64,000 nt of DNA from Chiloscyllium plagiosum (taxonomy: Eukaryota): positions 46,200,021-46,264,020 of the forward strand of contig NC_057719.1 of the NCBI RefSeq assembly GCF_004010195.1, written 5' to 3'. Made by a program: the position numbers and the translations under genes. How positions within the stretch are numbered: the first letter of the stretch is position 1; each line of letters begins with the position of its first letter. Positions 14,418 through 27,800 of this stretch are shown here, in pieces. Below the pieces are notes generated by a model. The model saw only the letters and a program-made list of their open reading frames with translations, had not been told where the DNA came from and ran no database searches.

Positions 14418-14654
14418 TAAATTACCTACAGTGTGGAGACAGGTCACACCAACCCTCCTAAGAGTAAACCAACCAGACCCAATTCCCTCTGAGTAACGCA
14501 CCTGACCTGCACATCTTTGGATTGTGCGAGGAAACCCGCATAGACATGGGTAAAACATGCAAACTCCCCACAGACAGTCGCCCAAAGGCTGGAATTGAAC
14601 CCAGGGCTCTGGCACTGTGAGGCTGCAGTCCTAATCACTGAGCCACCGTGCCAA
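14418..14654 (-). mobile_element. HE1-like SINE, internally deleted
   Basis: Reverse-complement head (ctgagccaccgtgcc) and core (gacctgcacatctttgga). Confidence 0.85.
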
Positions 14655-14729
14655 CCTAAATAACAAACGAAAATTAAAGTTTAGCTGAGAAAAAAAACTG
14701 GTAACTTTGTTAAATAAGAGCTAACTTTA

Positions 14730-16050
14730 AGATGGTCACTTTTCATTATTCAACAACATCCTAGGTGTAGCTGTAAGAAAATGCTTTAACGGCACGTCAC
14801 AAGAACATTACAAATAACTAAGTATGACAATTGCAGTTGGAGATGTTAGGCTGGATGACCAAAAGCTTGGTCAAAGAAATAAGCACAGTAAAGGAGTAGC
14901 TTAAGAAATCGAGGTAAAAGGGATATGGTTGGTGGGAATTCAGAATTAAAGAGCTGGAGACAAAGGCAAGTGAAAGCATTATCACTGATGGTGGAGCAAT
15001 TGTAACTAAGAATGCACAATAGGTCACAAATACAGCACTGTGTAAACCCCAGAGGTTACAGGGATTATAAAGATTGGGAGATGCAAGGAAATGGAGAGAT
15101 TTGGAAAACAAGGATGAGAATTTGGAAGTTAAAACATTTCTTGACTGACAGCCAAAATAAATTCAGTAAGCACAAGGATGTTAAGGAACAGGACTTACAA
15201 GAAAGACTGAAGCATAGTTTTGGATAACTTCAATTTTAGAGGGTAGAATGGGGAGGCTAGCAGAGTACTTTGGAAAAGTCAAGCAGTGAAGTAATGAAAG
15301 TTTGGACAGGAAAATTGAAACATGGAAAAGCTGATCAATGAGATTGAAGTAGGTAACTTTTTTTGATGGAAAGAAGAGGTTGAAAGTTTATTTAGGGATC
15401 AAAGTGACACCAAAGATGATGAAGGAACTGGCTCAGTTTCAACTGACTGTTGCGAGGGAAACAGCTTAAGTCATTTGCTAGGGAACAGAGTTTGGGGACT
15501 GTAACAACAACTTCACTATTCCCAATACTTAAATTCGAGGAAATTTATGCTAATTTGGTGTTGGATACGTAGCTTTAATTTAGCAAAAGTGGAGGAATCA
15601 AAAGACTTGAGAATTTGTAACCTTGATCTGAGCCATTTTAATATTCTGGCAGGTTTGGAAAAGTAATTCAAATAGAGTGCCAAGGCAGATGTGGAATGGA
15701 TTTGAGTAGCAACAATGTGTTTTGAGAGAGAAAGAAAGGTTGGAGATAGATGTTAATATGCAAGATTGTGGAATGAAGACTTTTTAAAAAAAAAGATGGA
15801 AATTTTTAAAAAGCGCAGAACAACAACTGCAAAGGAAAGAACCATTTCCATTAAAAATCACCAACATGGGAGGGTAGTTTTGTAACCAATCAATTTAATA
15901 GGATTGTGAGGAACAGAAAGTGGGCCTCATGGACAAGGTGAGCGCAGAGAGAGCATGAGGAGAGAGAAAACAGAAACTGAATAGAGGAATTCAGGACTAG
16001 GGCAAGGGACAGGGGGAATATTAGAAGATTAGCCAGCTGAACTAGAAAAA
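14730..16050 (-). mobile_element. Old L2-like LINE remnant
   Basis: Purine-rich degenerate sequence including gatgaccaaaagcttggtcaaaga, similar to about 40075-40500 and to the reverse complement of about 36690-37170. Family assignment is from recall. Confidence 0.5.
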
Positions 16051-17760
16051 GGGTATGGAGAACCCATGCTAGATGACTAAAGAAATTGAGGGTTTGGTTA
16101 AGAAAAAGGAGGAAGCATATGTCAGGTATAGACAGGATAGATCGAGTGAATCCTTGGAAGAGTGTAACGGAAGTAGGAGTATACTTAAGAGGGAAATCAG
16201 AAGGGCAAAAACGGTTAAAGGTGGATAAATCCCCAGGACCTGGTCAGGTGTACCCGAGAACTCTGTGGGACGCTGGAGAAGTGATTGCTGGGCCTCTTGC
16301 TGAGATATGTGTATCATCGATAGTCACAGGTGAGGTGCCGGAAAACTGGAGGTTGGCAAACGTGGTGCCACTGTTTAAGAAGGGTGGTAAAGACAAGCCA
16401 GGGAACTATAGACCGGTGAGCCTGACCTCAGTGGTGGGCAAGTTGTTGGTGGTAATTCTGAGGGACAGGATGTACATGTATTTGGAAAGACAAGGATAGT
16501 CAACATAGTTTTGTGCATGGGAAATCATGTCTCACAAACTTGATTGAGTTTTTTGAAGAAGTAACAAAGAAGATTGATGAGGGCAGAGCAGTAGATGTGA
16601 TCTATATGGACTTCAGTAAGGCATTCGACAAAGTTCCCCATGGGAGATTGATTAGCAAGGTTAGATCTCATGGAATACAGGGAGAACTAGCCATTTGGAT
16701 ACAGAACTGGCTCAAAGGTAGAAGACAGAAGGTGGTGGTGGAGGGTTGTTTTTCAGACTGGAGGTCTGTGACTAGTGGAGTGCCACAAGGATTGATGCTG
16801 GGTCCTCTACTTTTTGTCATTTACGTAAATGATTTGGATGCAAGCATAGGAGGTACAGTTAGTAAGTTTACAGATGACACCAAAATTGGAGGTGTAGTGC
16901 ACAGCGAAGAGGGTTACCTCAGATTACAACAGGATCTTGACCAGATGGGCCAATGGGCTGAGAAGTGGCAGATGGAGTTTAATTCAGATAAATGCGAGGT
17001 GCTGCATTTTGGGAAATCAAAACTTAGCAGGACTTATACACTTAATGGTAAGGTCCTAGGTAGTGTTGCTGAACAAAGAGACCTTGGAGCGCAGGCTCAT
17101 AGCTCCTTGAAAGTGGAGTCGCAAGTAGATAGGATAGTGAAGGTGGTGTTTGGTATGCTTTCCTTTATTGGTCAGAGTATCGAGTACAGGAGTTGGAAGG
17201 TCATGTTGCGGCTACTTTTGGTTAGGCCACTGTTGGAATATTGCGTGCAATTCTGGTCTCCTTCCTATCGGAAAGTTGTTGTGAAACTTGAAAGGGTTCA
17301 GAAAAGATTTACAAGGATGTTGCCAGGGTTGGAGGATTTGAGCTAAGGAGAGAGGCTGAACGGGCTGGGGCTGTTTTCCCTGGAGCTTCGGAGGCTGAGG
17401 GGTTACAAAATTATGAGGGGCATGGATAGGATAAATAGACAAAGTCTTTTCCCTGAGGTGGGGGAGTCCAGAACTAGAGGGCATAGGTTTAGGGTGAGAG
17501 GGGAAAGATATAAAAGAGACCACAGAGTTAACTTTTTCACGCAGAGGGTAGTACGTGTATGGAATGAGCTGCTAGAGGATGTGGTGAAGGCTGGTACAAT
17601 TGCAACATTTAAGAGGCATTTGGATGGGTATATGAATAGGAAGGGTTTGGAGGGATATGGGCCGGGTGCTGACAGGTGGGACTAGATTGGGTTAGGATAT
17701 CTGGTCGGCATGGACGGGTTGGACCGAAGGGTCTGTTTCCATGCTGTACATCTCTATGAC
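16050..17760 (+). mobile_element. HER1/CR1 LINE ORF2 (RT), 5'-truncated, inactivated
   Basis: ORFs 16086-16499 (PENWRLANVVPLFKKG..PGNYRPVSLTS) and 16513-17346 (YMDFSKAFDKVPH, GVPQG, FTDD); stops and deletions; complete 3' tail. Confidence 0.95.
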
Positions 17761-20094
17761 ACACATCAGAATCAGCTGAAAAGAAATGGAGACAAAAGTT
17801 CCATGAGGACTAGTTTAACATTGGAGGCAAAGCTGAAGCAGATTTAGGAAGATGCTCTGCAGTTGAAGAAAATGGGGATTATTTCTCCACTGCAGGATGA
17901 CTCTGGAATAGTGAGCAGATTATGCAGACAAAACGGGACCTGACGGTTTCAATAGGTTCGGCCAGATCTGGCAGTGGGTGACTAGATTTTAGTCATATCC
18001 TTTTAACTCTGAAGTGTGAACTTAATTGGTTGGGGTCGTGGAAAGAAGAGTGCAACACAGGGAGCAAGAAAAAGATGTTTTAATGGAAATTTAGAACATG
18101 GAGGAGGAGGTGGCTACAATGGAAGCAGAATAAAGTCTATCAAAAAGGCTGTGGCAAACAGAGGGTCAAACACTTGCTGCTTGGAATTTTCAGAAAATTA
18201 GAGAAGGGATTAAGAGAAACAAAAAAAAAAGTGAAAAGAAAGAGCAGTAATGTAAACAGAATGATGCATTTGAGCCTGGTCTGGCAGCCAAGATGTACAT
18301 GTGAATCAGTTACATAAGTCTAATTCCATAAAAATTAGGATTCTTAAGAACCATGATAATAGACAAACAATGGGAGATGGTGATAATACAAAAACAAGTC
18401 CAGTGTTGAAGTCTGAGGTCATCTGGTAGCTATTGGAACAAGCTGTTTTCTGACTTTGCAGACAAATACAGTGAGTGTTGTCCAAAGACTACTTGAAATG
18501 GGAGCATTAGGGCACCCATGGATAGAAGTATTTTTGTTGGAACAAAGATCCAGAACATGTCCAGAGCCAGATGGTGAAGTTGGAGAACACCATTAAATCC
18601 AAAAGATACAGAAGTTTGCTCTTCTGATATTTTGGTCAGGAGGAGAAAGAAGCTGAAGTCTCTCAATCACAGAAGTGGTAGATGTGCAGTAGATTGACCC
18701 AAAGATCTATCAGGTATCGCGAAAATTAAAAAGCAGCTAAATTAGAGTTAGCGTTACCATATAACCAGTGTAATCCACAGAAGAACATCATCTTGATGCA
18801 GGGCTTCCAGGAGTTTGAAACCAAACTGAAGAAGATGTTCATATAGATTTTTCCAGACTGGTTATATATTTTTGCTGCTAAGTTGTTCAGGAAATGAGCC
18901 ACAGTCAATCCTGAATAACAGCAAGATGTTATGTTATGCTGGGTGTTGCAGTTACTATGAACAGTCAGTCAGACAGGTGATGTAAAATAGCAAAGCATGC
19001 ACAAATATCATATTAAACATCCAATGAAGTGGCAGCCATACCAACTAGGAGTCCTCAGTGACTATTTCCACTGCTGGCAAGCACACGAATGTGGCACCAA
19101 TGAGCCTATATACATTTTAAAGGCAAGTAGAGGAGAACTGCATGCAGTAACTGATGGGAACACACAGCGATAAACCCTCTATGAAACCTCTCCCGGATAC
19201 AACTTAGCCAATTTTTCATAAAATTCAGCCAATGGTATTGATGTCCAGGCATGTGAAATAACAATTTATTTTCTCTTAGATTTTAAGTCTTCGTCAGATC
19301 TCAAGGTTACGCAGGGGAACAACATTTAAACTATCACACAGAGACCATTTAAATTATCAGCTAACTTGAAGACGCAATACATCCACTATTAGAATCATAG
19401 GAGTGTAAATCAACCGAAGTGAGGATTTAGAGGAGGGAAAGGAGCAATAGATATGACTGAATGACGATTGATGGACTAACATTGAGTCAAACTTCCCTAA
19501 AGAGCTACCTATGCAAGTGCAATTTTTTTTTAAATCCTAGAAGTCGAATACATTTAATAGTTGCCTTCCAAGTCCTTGAATTAAAAGAAATACAGAAAAT
19601 CTTCAAAATAGATTAGACAGCACCTGTAGCAGGAGACACAAGTGTTCATACGTCAAGGCATTGGTTTTTCAGATTTTCAACATCATCAGTATTGTAAATT
19701 GGAGACTGCTCACACTGACTTTAAACCAAGTGGTCTACAGTTACCTTAGTTGATTCCTTCCTAATGTTAACCAGAAATCACCAACTACACAATTTGCACA
19801 TTTGAGAACTAAATATTTGATACATTCTTTTTTAAAAACACAGATTTCTTTCAACAACCTAGGCTGCATTCCATTAGGCCATGTTGATTAATCAACTTTA
19901 GACTCTAATAACCATTTCTGAATTAATTCACTTTCTACAAAGAACTCTCAAAAGTTAATTATCAATCTCTAGTACAACTATGTTTTTCCGTCACATAAAA
20001 AAACAAGCATACTATGATCTTTCACAATGCATCACTTCATCCTCAAGAAGTTCCATCCTCACTAATATTTCTTTACCAGGTTACTACATGACAT

Positions 20095-20220
20095 TTCTTC
20101 AATTCATTCAAGAGATGTAGACCTTGCTGGCTGGGCCAGCATTTATTGACCATTCCTATTTGCCCTTGAGACGGTGGTGTTGAGCTATCTTTTTGAACAC
20201 CTGCAATTCATTTCATGTAG
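20095..20220 (-). mobile_element. 3' tail fragment of the second LINE family
   Basis: attcattca...gctgggccagcatttattgacc is the reverse complement of the tail at about 11950-12010. Confidence 0.7.
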
Positions 20221-20726
20221 TAAAATAGCATTTTTTTCTTTTCAATTCTAACTCTAACTTCCTTTTCACCTGCTTACTGCATGATTTAAGTGCTTTTACA
20301 CAGTAAGCATTCCTATTATTTTATGGATCTTGTACTGAAGCTTACTTGATGCAGATCTGTTTGCACAATGTTTTAGCCAGTTAAATTAGTACCAGATCCT
20401 TTTTCCTATTCTTCCAGGAAATTTATTCTATTGCATTGGTTTTACTGTATGTTCATCTAATCTCACTTTTTAGACATTATACTTCTTTTGTTAGGTTTGA
20501 ATTAAAATTTTCTTTCATCACAAAATTCGAGCCTGAACTGGTCATACCACAGTGCAGTTAAAAAAGTGTGCTACAACAAATATTAAATACTTTAATACAG
20601 CAATAAACCTACCATTTCAAATATGTCTTGTGACCATTGGACATATATCTCACAACCAGGCTTACAACATGTGTGAAAGAACAGAAAACCATTACTTAAA
20701 AACAGCTTTAATACCTGCCGCTTTAT

Positions 20727-21040
20727 GGGCGGCACGGTGGCACAGTGGTTAGCACTGCTGCCTCACAGCGCCAGAGACTCGGGTTCAATTCCTGCCTCAG
20801 GCGACTGACTGTGTGGAGTTTGCATGTTCTCCCCGTGTCTGCGTGGGTTTCCTCCGGGTGCTCCGGTTTCCTCCCACAGTCCAAAGATGTGCAGGTTAGG
20901 TGAATTGGCCATGCTAAATTGCCCTTAGTGTTAGGTAATAAGGGGTAAATGTAGGGGTATGGGTGGGTTGCGCTTCGGCGGGGCGGTGTGGATTTGTTGG
21001 GCCGAAGGGCCTGTTTCCACACTGTAAGTAATCTAATCTA
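20727..21040 (+). mobile_element. Full-length, young HE1-like V-SINE
   Basis: Pol III box A (tggcacagtgg) and box B (ggttcaattcc), V-core ctccggtttcctcccacagtccaaagatgtgcagg, tail gggcctgtttccacactgt plus (aatct)n; CpGs retained. Confidence 0.93.
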
Positions 21041-21327
21041 ACCTTCTAATATATTTTCCTCTACATTACAGCACTTCAGAAATTAGTGGCCATAAAGCAC
21101 TTTTAATTATAAAGCCCATGAAAGGCTTTCTAGATATAAATGCAAGTTAAGTTTCAGGGAATGGAAGACTTCCTATTCACAAGAACAAAACAAGAAACAG
21201 GATGAATCTATCCAGGATAAGTGCTACCTTATTACCTCCCTTAAATTATCTGCTGATACAAGTAATTAAACAACTCATGCACACAAACTGTATATTAAAA
21301 AGACACTCAAATCCAAATAACTTGGTT

Positions 21328-22186
21328 AAAAAAAAACAAAATCACACAACACCAGGTTATAGTCCAACAGGAGAAAGTGAGGTCTGCAGATGCTGGAGAT
21401 CAGAGCTGGAAATGTGTTGCTGGAAAAGCGCAGCAGGTCAGGCAGCATCCAGGGAATAGGAGAATCGACGTTTCGGGCATAAGCCCTTCTTCAGGAACAG
21501 GTCTATAGTCCAACAGGTTTATTTGGAAGTATAACTTTTGGAGTGTTGCTCCTTCATCAGGTGGTTATGGAGAATGATCATGAGATGCAGTATCTATATC
21601 CTCATGGCCAGCCTCAACCAGGACCTTGGGTTCATGTTTTACACACACACACACACACACACAAATTCACCCTGTGTGTGTGTGTGTATTTGCAGAATTA
21701 TATTTGCAGATACATTCTATTTTGCTCAAAACAATGCACAGCCTGCAGGCAGTCAATCCATGTAATATTTTATAAATTCCATTTTGGAAATAGAACCAGT
21801 ATGACACAGACATGCTCTAACCTTACACCTTTAATGCACAGAGCAGAGATGTCATTTCTTTTAAAAATAAAACCTTTCGTAATCTCGACAATGTGACTTA
21901 AATAGTTCTGGGATTTACATACTAATGAACCAAAACCTGCAAACCATTCTAAAAGATGGAAGACTTAACAACAAACTAGGTTAGTTCAACATATCATTTT
22001 AGTTGCATGATACTGTAATCTTTTGCTATAAATTCTGTATCTTATGGTCCTGTTCCATACATACCTGATGAAGAGCAGCACTCCGAAAGCTACTGCTTCC
22101 AAATAAACCTGCTGGACTATTACCTGGTGTTGTGTGATTTTTAACTTTGCCCACCCCAATCCAACACCAGCGCCTCCACATCATGA
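21328..22186. mobile_element. PLE-derived element (family B) with inverted terminal segment
   Basis: Left aaaatcacacaacaccaggttatagtccaacagg...ctccttcatcaggt is the reverse complement of right acctgatgaagagc...cctggtgttgtgtgattttt; flanks ccaaataacttggtt (21313-21327) / ccaaattacttggtt (22187-22201). Confidence 0.75.
21371..21497 (-). mobile_element. Family A PLE terminal fragment nested in the family B terminus
   Basis: gagaaagtgaggtctgcagatgctggag...gacgtttcgggcataagcccttcttcagg; duplicated target tatagtccaacag at 21358-21370 and 21504-21516. Confidence 0.85.
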
Positions 22187-25100
22187 CCAAATTACTTGGT
22201 TCACTTTCAGTTTTGAGGTGATAAGCAAAATTACTGCTAATACCTCAAAAGTCCCATCCGAAAGCTCTCAACTTTCTAAATTGGACATGTTATCATAAAT
22301 CCTTCACTATTACTTAGTTAACTGTAAAAAAATTGTAGGAACACTATTAACACAAGGATTGCAGCAGATCAAAGAGAAAGTCAATTACAGCAATACCATC
22401 CAAGAGGCATATAATAAATGCTGAAATGCCATCTCATCAATATCCTGAAAATAAAATTAAAACAAAAAAAAAATGCTGAAAAACATCCAAATGACTTCAG
22501 GAAGACACAGCAATTGCACCTTCTAATTATATACAAACTATTCTTTAGCAGCAAGAGATCTTGAGTTTTACCTGCTAAATTGCTCCTAATTTTTCTAAAA
22601 CAGCACAAACCAGTGGTGAATATCACAGTAGCATCAGGAGTTTACATACCATGGTAATAAAAGCAGGATTCATTCCTAAAATGTTGTTTGTATTTTTACA
22701 TCACATTTTATTTGTAGAACTGTTGATACTTAATAATTGGGTCTCATTCAATACAACAGTAAAAAAAAAGCAAGCAACAGATTTGTGCTTTAGGAACAGG
22801 AATGCAAATTAAATCTCTGTAGAGATTGAATCTTTCCCCTTTTTTCTTGTGGGAACACAGTCATTGTTACTGAAAGCAGAAAGTGAAAAACTTGGTTGCA
22901 TTCAAAATCATAACGGAACACAGCCTTATAACCGGAAACCACTGGGCTGGGCACAGCTCGCAATTCTGACCAAATTGCTTCCTGCATTCAAGGAGGAATA
23001 AAATTGCATTTAAAACAAGGACATTTTTCAGTAAAATCACACAATGAAAATATATGGATCTCTCAGAATGAAATTTCAAATCCTCATCCCTGTCCAACTT
23101 TATAGTATGAGATTGGGTTAAACAAGTAAGGGCATTTAAGACAAACAAGCTTTATATGTAAGTTAAAACACCTCAAAGTGTTGGTATTACATAATTGATA
23201 ACGAAAGTAAAGTAAACAGATACCTACCTCCTGCATCATATATTTTGCTAAACAGTATAAATATCCCGATGAGTCAATGGACTGCTTCAAAAGAATATTT
23301 TAAAATTACAATAATTCGGTTGTGAATCAATATTTGCAACAAAACCATGAAAATTAACTATTTGTTTATTCTGCACTGAAGAAATTAGTGGAGAAAAAGA
23401 TTATTGATTTACTGTCAATAAATTAGAAAGTCTACAAACACCTGGAGAGTAGAAAAATAATAAAATGCAAGAGGAAAGCAGTCTGTTCAACAATTAAGCA
23501 GAGGTGAAAGGAAAAAAGTCTGAAAAGGCAATAATTATTCCACATGGGTGCAACACTGGAGTCATTTTAATATATAGAGATACGATTCAAAAAAAGTTGT
23601 CACAGCAATAATATTCAGGCTATAAAGATTTAATGCAAAGTCAAATTCACAACCATTTTTAAATACAAAAAGACAAAGCTCTGCAAGACTAGCAGAACTA
23701 TACTGGAGATTTTGATTTAAATTAGTCACGTTTTGTAATAGTCTCACCATTAAAACAAGTTATAATCTTGTTCATTTCAGAATGCAAAAAGAGTAGTTTC
23801 ACACTTCAATAGAAGATAAGCAAAGTCGCTACTTGACTATTAAAAAAAATACTACGCAAAAACATTGCTTATTAGCAATGCCAAAACTACAGCCACCGGA
23901 ATAGAATCAAAGTTTCAACACTGAGAAAAAAAACATTCACCACACCCTCATAAATATTAAAAAAAAACTTCAATCAGAAGTCTTCAAGTGTTGTTTTATT
24001 CAACTAAAAAAAACACTAGAAACTACACCCAGAGCTAAGAAAAATATTTATGAGGCTGCTATCTGTGCCTGAAAAAACAGCAGGGAGCATAATAATTGCA
24101 GTGAGCAGTTAAAAGCACAAAATCAGAGGCACTTTTGGGCCATAAAAAAGTATCAGTTTCTGCAATCAGCAAATTGGACCAGAAAACAAATTTATCTTTA
24201 AATTCCTGACAAAGCTGCAAGTCATGAATGCTATTCCAATTAAAATCAGTCTCTCAACATGCCTCCAGGACACCAATATTTACTGAATGTAAAAGCTTGA
24301 AACGGTTTTGCAAACCGACAAAAAAAATCCGATTACTGGTGTTAAGATGCACTGCAGAAACTACATACACAAGAATCACAAATGGCTCAGTGCAGCAGAA
24401 ATCTATAAACTTTCCTGACAGGAAGTGACTTGCACAATTTGGCATGTTTTACTACTCAGCAGCAGCATTCCTAGAGGAAGCAGCAATTTTAGCTGCAGCA
24501 GCTTTTCCCATGTTATGCAGAATCATATCATGCAACAGATTGAGATTTTCTTCCGAAAGTCATTCCACAAAAGTTTAAAATATTTACAACATATGCAGAA
24601 TTCATAATTTAGTAGCTTGCTTCAAATTGTTTTCTACTAACCTGTTCTATTCAGCTGCTAAAAATGTAGCAAATGAAAGCAAATAAAATTCTTCGACAGC
24701 TTTAGATACCAAAGGTTAAGTATAAAGAAATGTTTTTTCTTCTTGCATTTATTAAATTCACAAGTAATCATCATTATGACTGGATGTGACTGAAAGGGGA
24801 TGCTTTGGGGGTGGAGCAGGGAAGAAAAAGAGTGTGAAGGGAGTAGTCGATGGTGGTGGGTCAGAAAGAAATAAAGATCGATTTATGCAGGATTTAAAAT
24901 AATCTACCCGAAAGACTGCACAAGGATGGTCATAAGGAAAATCACCTGATTTTAATTTGGCCACAGAATGACAGCACGAGGTCAAAAAAAAACACAAAAC
25001 TTAAACATAAGCTAGAGCAGTCAATTATAAACAAATTGCAGAACCAAGACTCCAAAGCATCAGTATAAATCTTTACGTAATAAAAATATAAATCAGACTT

Positions 25101-27009
25101 GGAAAAATAAAATTACTGACCATTAAAAAGTGTGCTTTGAAATACAGTCAATTATAACTACCAGGGTCTGCACCATCTGTGGAGATGGATATTTGACATG
25201 ATAATTCTACTGTAATATTTAAGTTGCTTGTAACACAAATCACATGTACAGAGAGCAGATTTTAAATGTTCACAACAGAAGTCTTATCTCCTGGCTTGTG
25301 AACAAGCAGGAGCCCCTACTTTTGAAGCCACCCTGAGGGGATCTTGGCATTTAGGACTTAAGTTGGAAATCTTGCCAGAGGATGGCAACTCTCCATTGCT
25401 CATCAGTGCCACTGTGAGCATCAATAACTGCTGGCAACACATCCACCTGAGATCCAGGACTGCTGAAGCCAACTGTCATTCTAGTCTGAAGACACCCAAT
25501 CTCATTTCAGATTTCTGCCTACTTAGATAGGAGAACTTCTTATTATATCAGTTTTAGTAGGTTTTGGGGTCTAGAGGCATAGTAGTGTCCATACCTGTGC
25601 GACAGAAGGTCCAGGTTCAAATCCAACCTGCTCAGAAGTATGTCATAACAGGTTGATTAGAAGAAAAACTCCAGGATTGTTAAAAGACTCCAAAGTTGAG
25701 CAGGGGTTGTGAGAGGCAGGGGGCGGGAGGGCTTTAGCAGACCCAAACCTTCCCAATGCCAACTCTATCTTAAAAGGTACTCTAGTAGAACACCACCCCT
25801 GGGAGCATAAGAAACTGGAGTTCTTTTATTCCATTCCCTTCTTGGCAACACTCCTATTTCCCCATGGGTTGTATATTAATTGCCAATTGAGGATCTCAAC
25901 TGACAGTAAGACTGTGCAATGTCTTTGTCCTAGACTTGGAGGAGTCAGACCTGGGAAAGCACAAAGGTATTGCACCATCTGAACTGCGTTTTATAGACCA
26001 CATTTAAAATTCCATCCACAGAAACTTGCCCAGAGCCTGCAAGTGGCTAGTCTCTCTGGCTAGGACTAGATCATAGCAGTTGATTAAGAATTTAAATCAG
26101 AAATACTCAAAAATAACGCCCCAAAACTAAAATAGTGATAAATGTACACTTTTTTTCTAAATGTTAAAATTTACAAAATGCTTCTGATTAAAATAATTAT
26201 GTAACACAGCAGAAGTGTCCAGCAAGTTTGATTCCTAAAAACAGTTGTTATTTTTAAATATACTATAAACTGTTTACTAGTGAAGCTTAGGAACATGATC
26301 ATTATTCAGCTAATTTTCTGGATTTTCAGGTTAGCTGTAGATAAACCAGCATGTCTGCACAAATTTAAAATACTAGTTTTTGAAATGATTGCAAAGTAAT
26401 ATCATAGGCTGAGTACATTCTATTACCCAATATTTTATCAATTAAATGGTTGGTTGAACATTTTACAATGACATAGTTGCTGTAATTCAATCAATCTGAT
26501 TTAATCATTTTTTAAAAATGATATTGATAAATAGACAAAATTTCTTTCACATCTAATATGTACCAGAAAGCAATTGTACACTTCCATTCTTATCATGTGC
26601 TCCTTCTTTGCTCATTTCTCAACCTAAAAGAGCATCAAGAATCACAAACTGAAATATCCATGTTACTTACCTAGAGAAGGGGTATGGGAGGGGCCAAAAA
26701 AGGAAGTTTCCAATCACCACCTGATTTACTGTAAAACACAATTTCTGTCAGGGCAAGTGTAGAAATGTGACATTTTGCCTTCGCCACTTCAACATTAAAC
26801 TGTTCTCTTACACTCAAGTGCATAACAGCCAGGAGTTGGGAGTGGGGAATTCGGACTTTAGACTGCCCCACAATAAGGCATTCAAAGCAAAGTTTATGAC
26901 TTCAACTTCACCTTCAAGAGACATTAAGAGATGGACAACAACTGACCCTGTAAATAATGTTCATATTTCTGTGAACAAAAATTTCCTGAACTATCTTCAT
27001 AATCCCTAT

Positions 27010-27800
27010 TATGCAAAGAAACGTTGAGCTCTGAAGTTCCACAGTTTACAACAAGAATGTCAAAGATTCACAATCTTCTGAGTGAAGAAATTTTTCCTCC
27101 ACCATGTCTTAAATGACTGACACTTTATTCAGAAATTAAGCAGTTTTCTAAATTCCATAGCCCAAGGAAACATTTTGTCTGTATCTCTCCTACCAACCCC
27201 TTATGTTTCAATTGCATCATCTCTCATGCTACTAAACTTCAGGAAATAGTCATTTTTAAAATCAGTTGAAAACCTTCTCATTTAGTCTAACAAATTCACA
27301 GTTCCTCTAAGGAAAGTGCATACTTCCTTAGATAATGAGACAAACATGGCACAAAGTATTCCATGTATGGCGTCACCATACAAACTGTATTAAGACTTCT
27401 TTATTCTTGTACTCCAATCCCTTTGCTAACAGACTACTTGCCTACCTAATTGCTTGCTATACCTGCATATCAACTTTCATCGGTTGCTTTTGAACACAAT
27501 TATTTTCCAGTCTCTCACCATTCAATTTTTTATTTTTCCTACTAAAAAGGTGGGAAACTTATTGCTCATATATTCAACCTGTCATATAATCTTCTGCAGC
27601 TTCCTTGTATGCACGCCTAATGCTCATTTTCTTATCTAAATTAACATTGTCAGTACATTTGGGTATGTTCATCTAAGTAAATAATAGATTTTTCAAATAG
27701 TTGAGGTCAATATATCGATCGCTGCAATACTCAGTTATTTCTTGCCAACCTCAAAAATGTCCCATTTATTGCTTCTATTTTGTTCATTCACCAATCCTCA
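27010..27800 (-). mobile_element. Highly decayed CR1-like LINE fragment
   Basis: Resembles the CR1 minus-strand pieces at 32.2-32.7 and 54.2-55.4 kb (agattcacaatcttctgagtgaagaaattt; ttgtactccaatcccttt). Confidence 0.55.

Noticed and set aside
16513..17346. 277 aa reverse transcriptase ORF as a functional or domesticated gene
   Set aside because: Fragment of a high-copy LINE bounded by stops, with deletions and no endonuclease domain.
20727..20800. tRNA gene
   Set aside because: tRNA-derived SINE head continuing into the V-core and LINE-like tail.
26665..26871. Perfect minus-strand donor TAG|gtaagt ending a 66 aa ORF
   Set aside because: The ORF stops at the junction, and the phase-1 frame has a stop about 14 codons upstream with no ATG in between. 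No support for a coding exon; a non-coding exon is not excluded.
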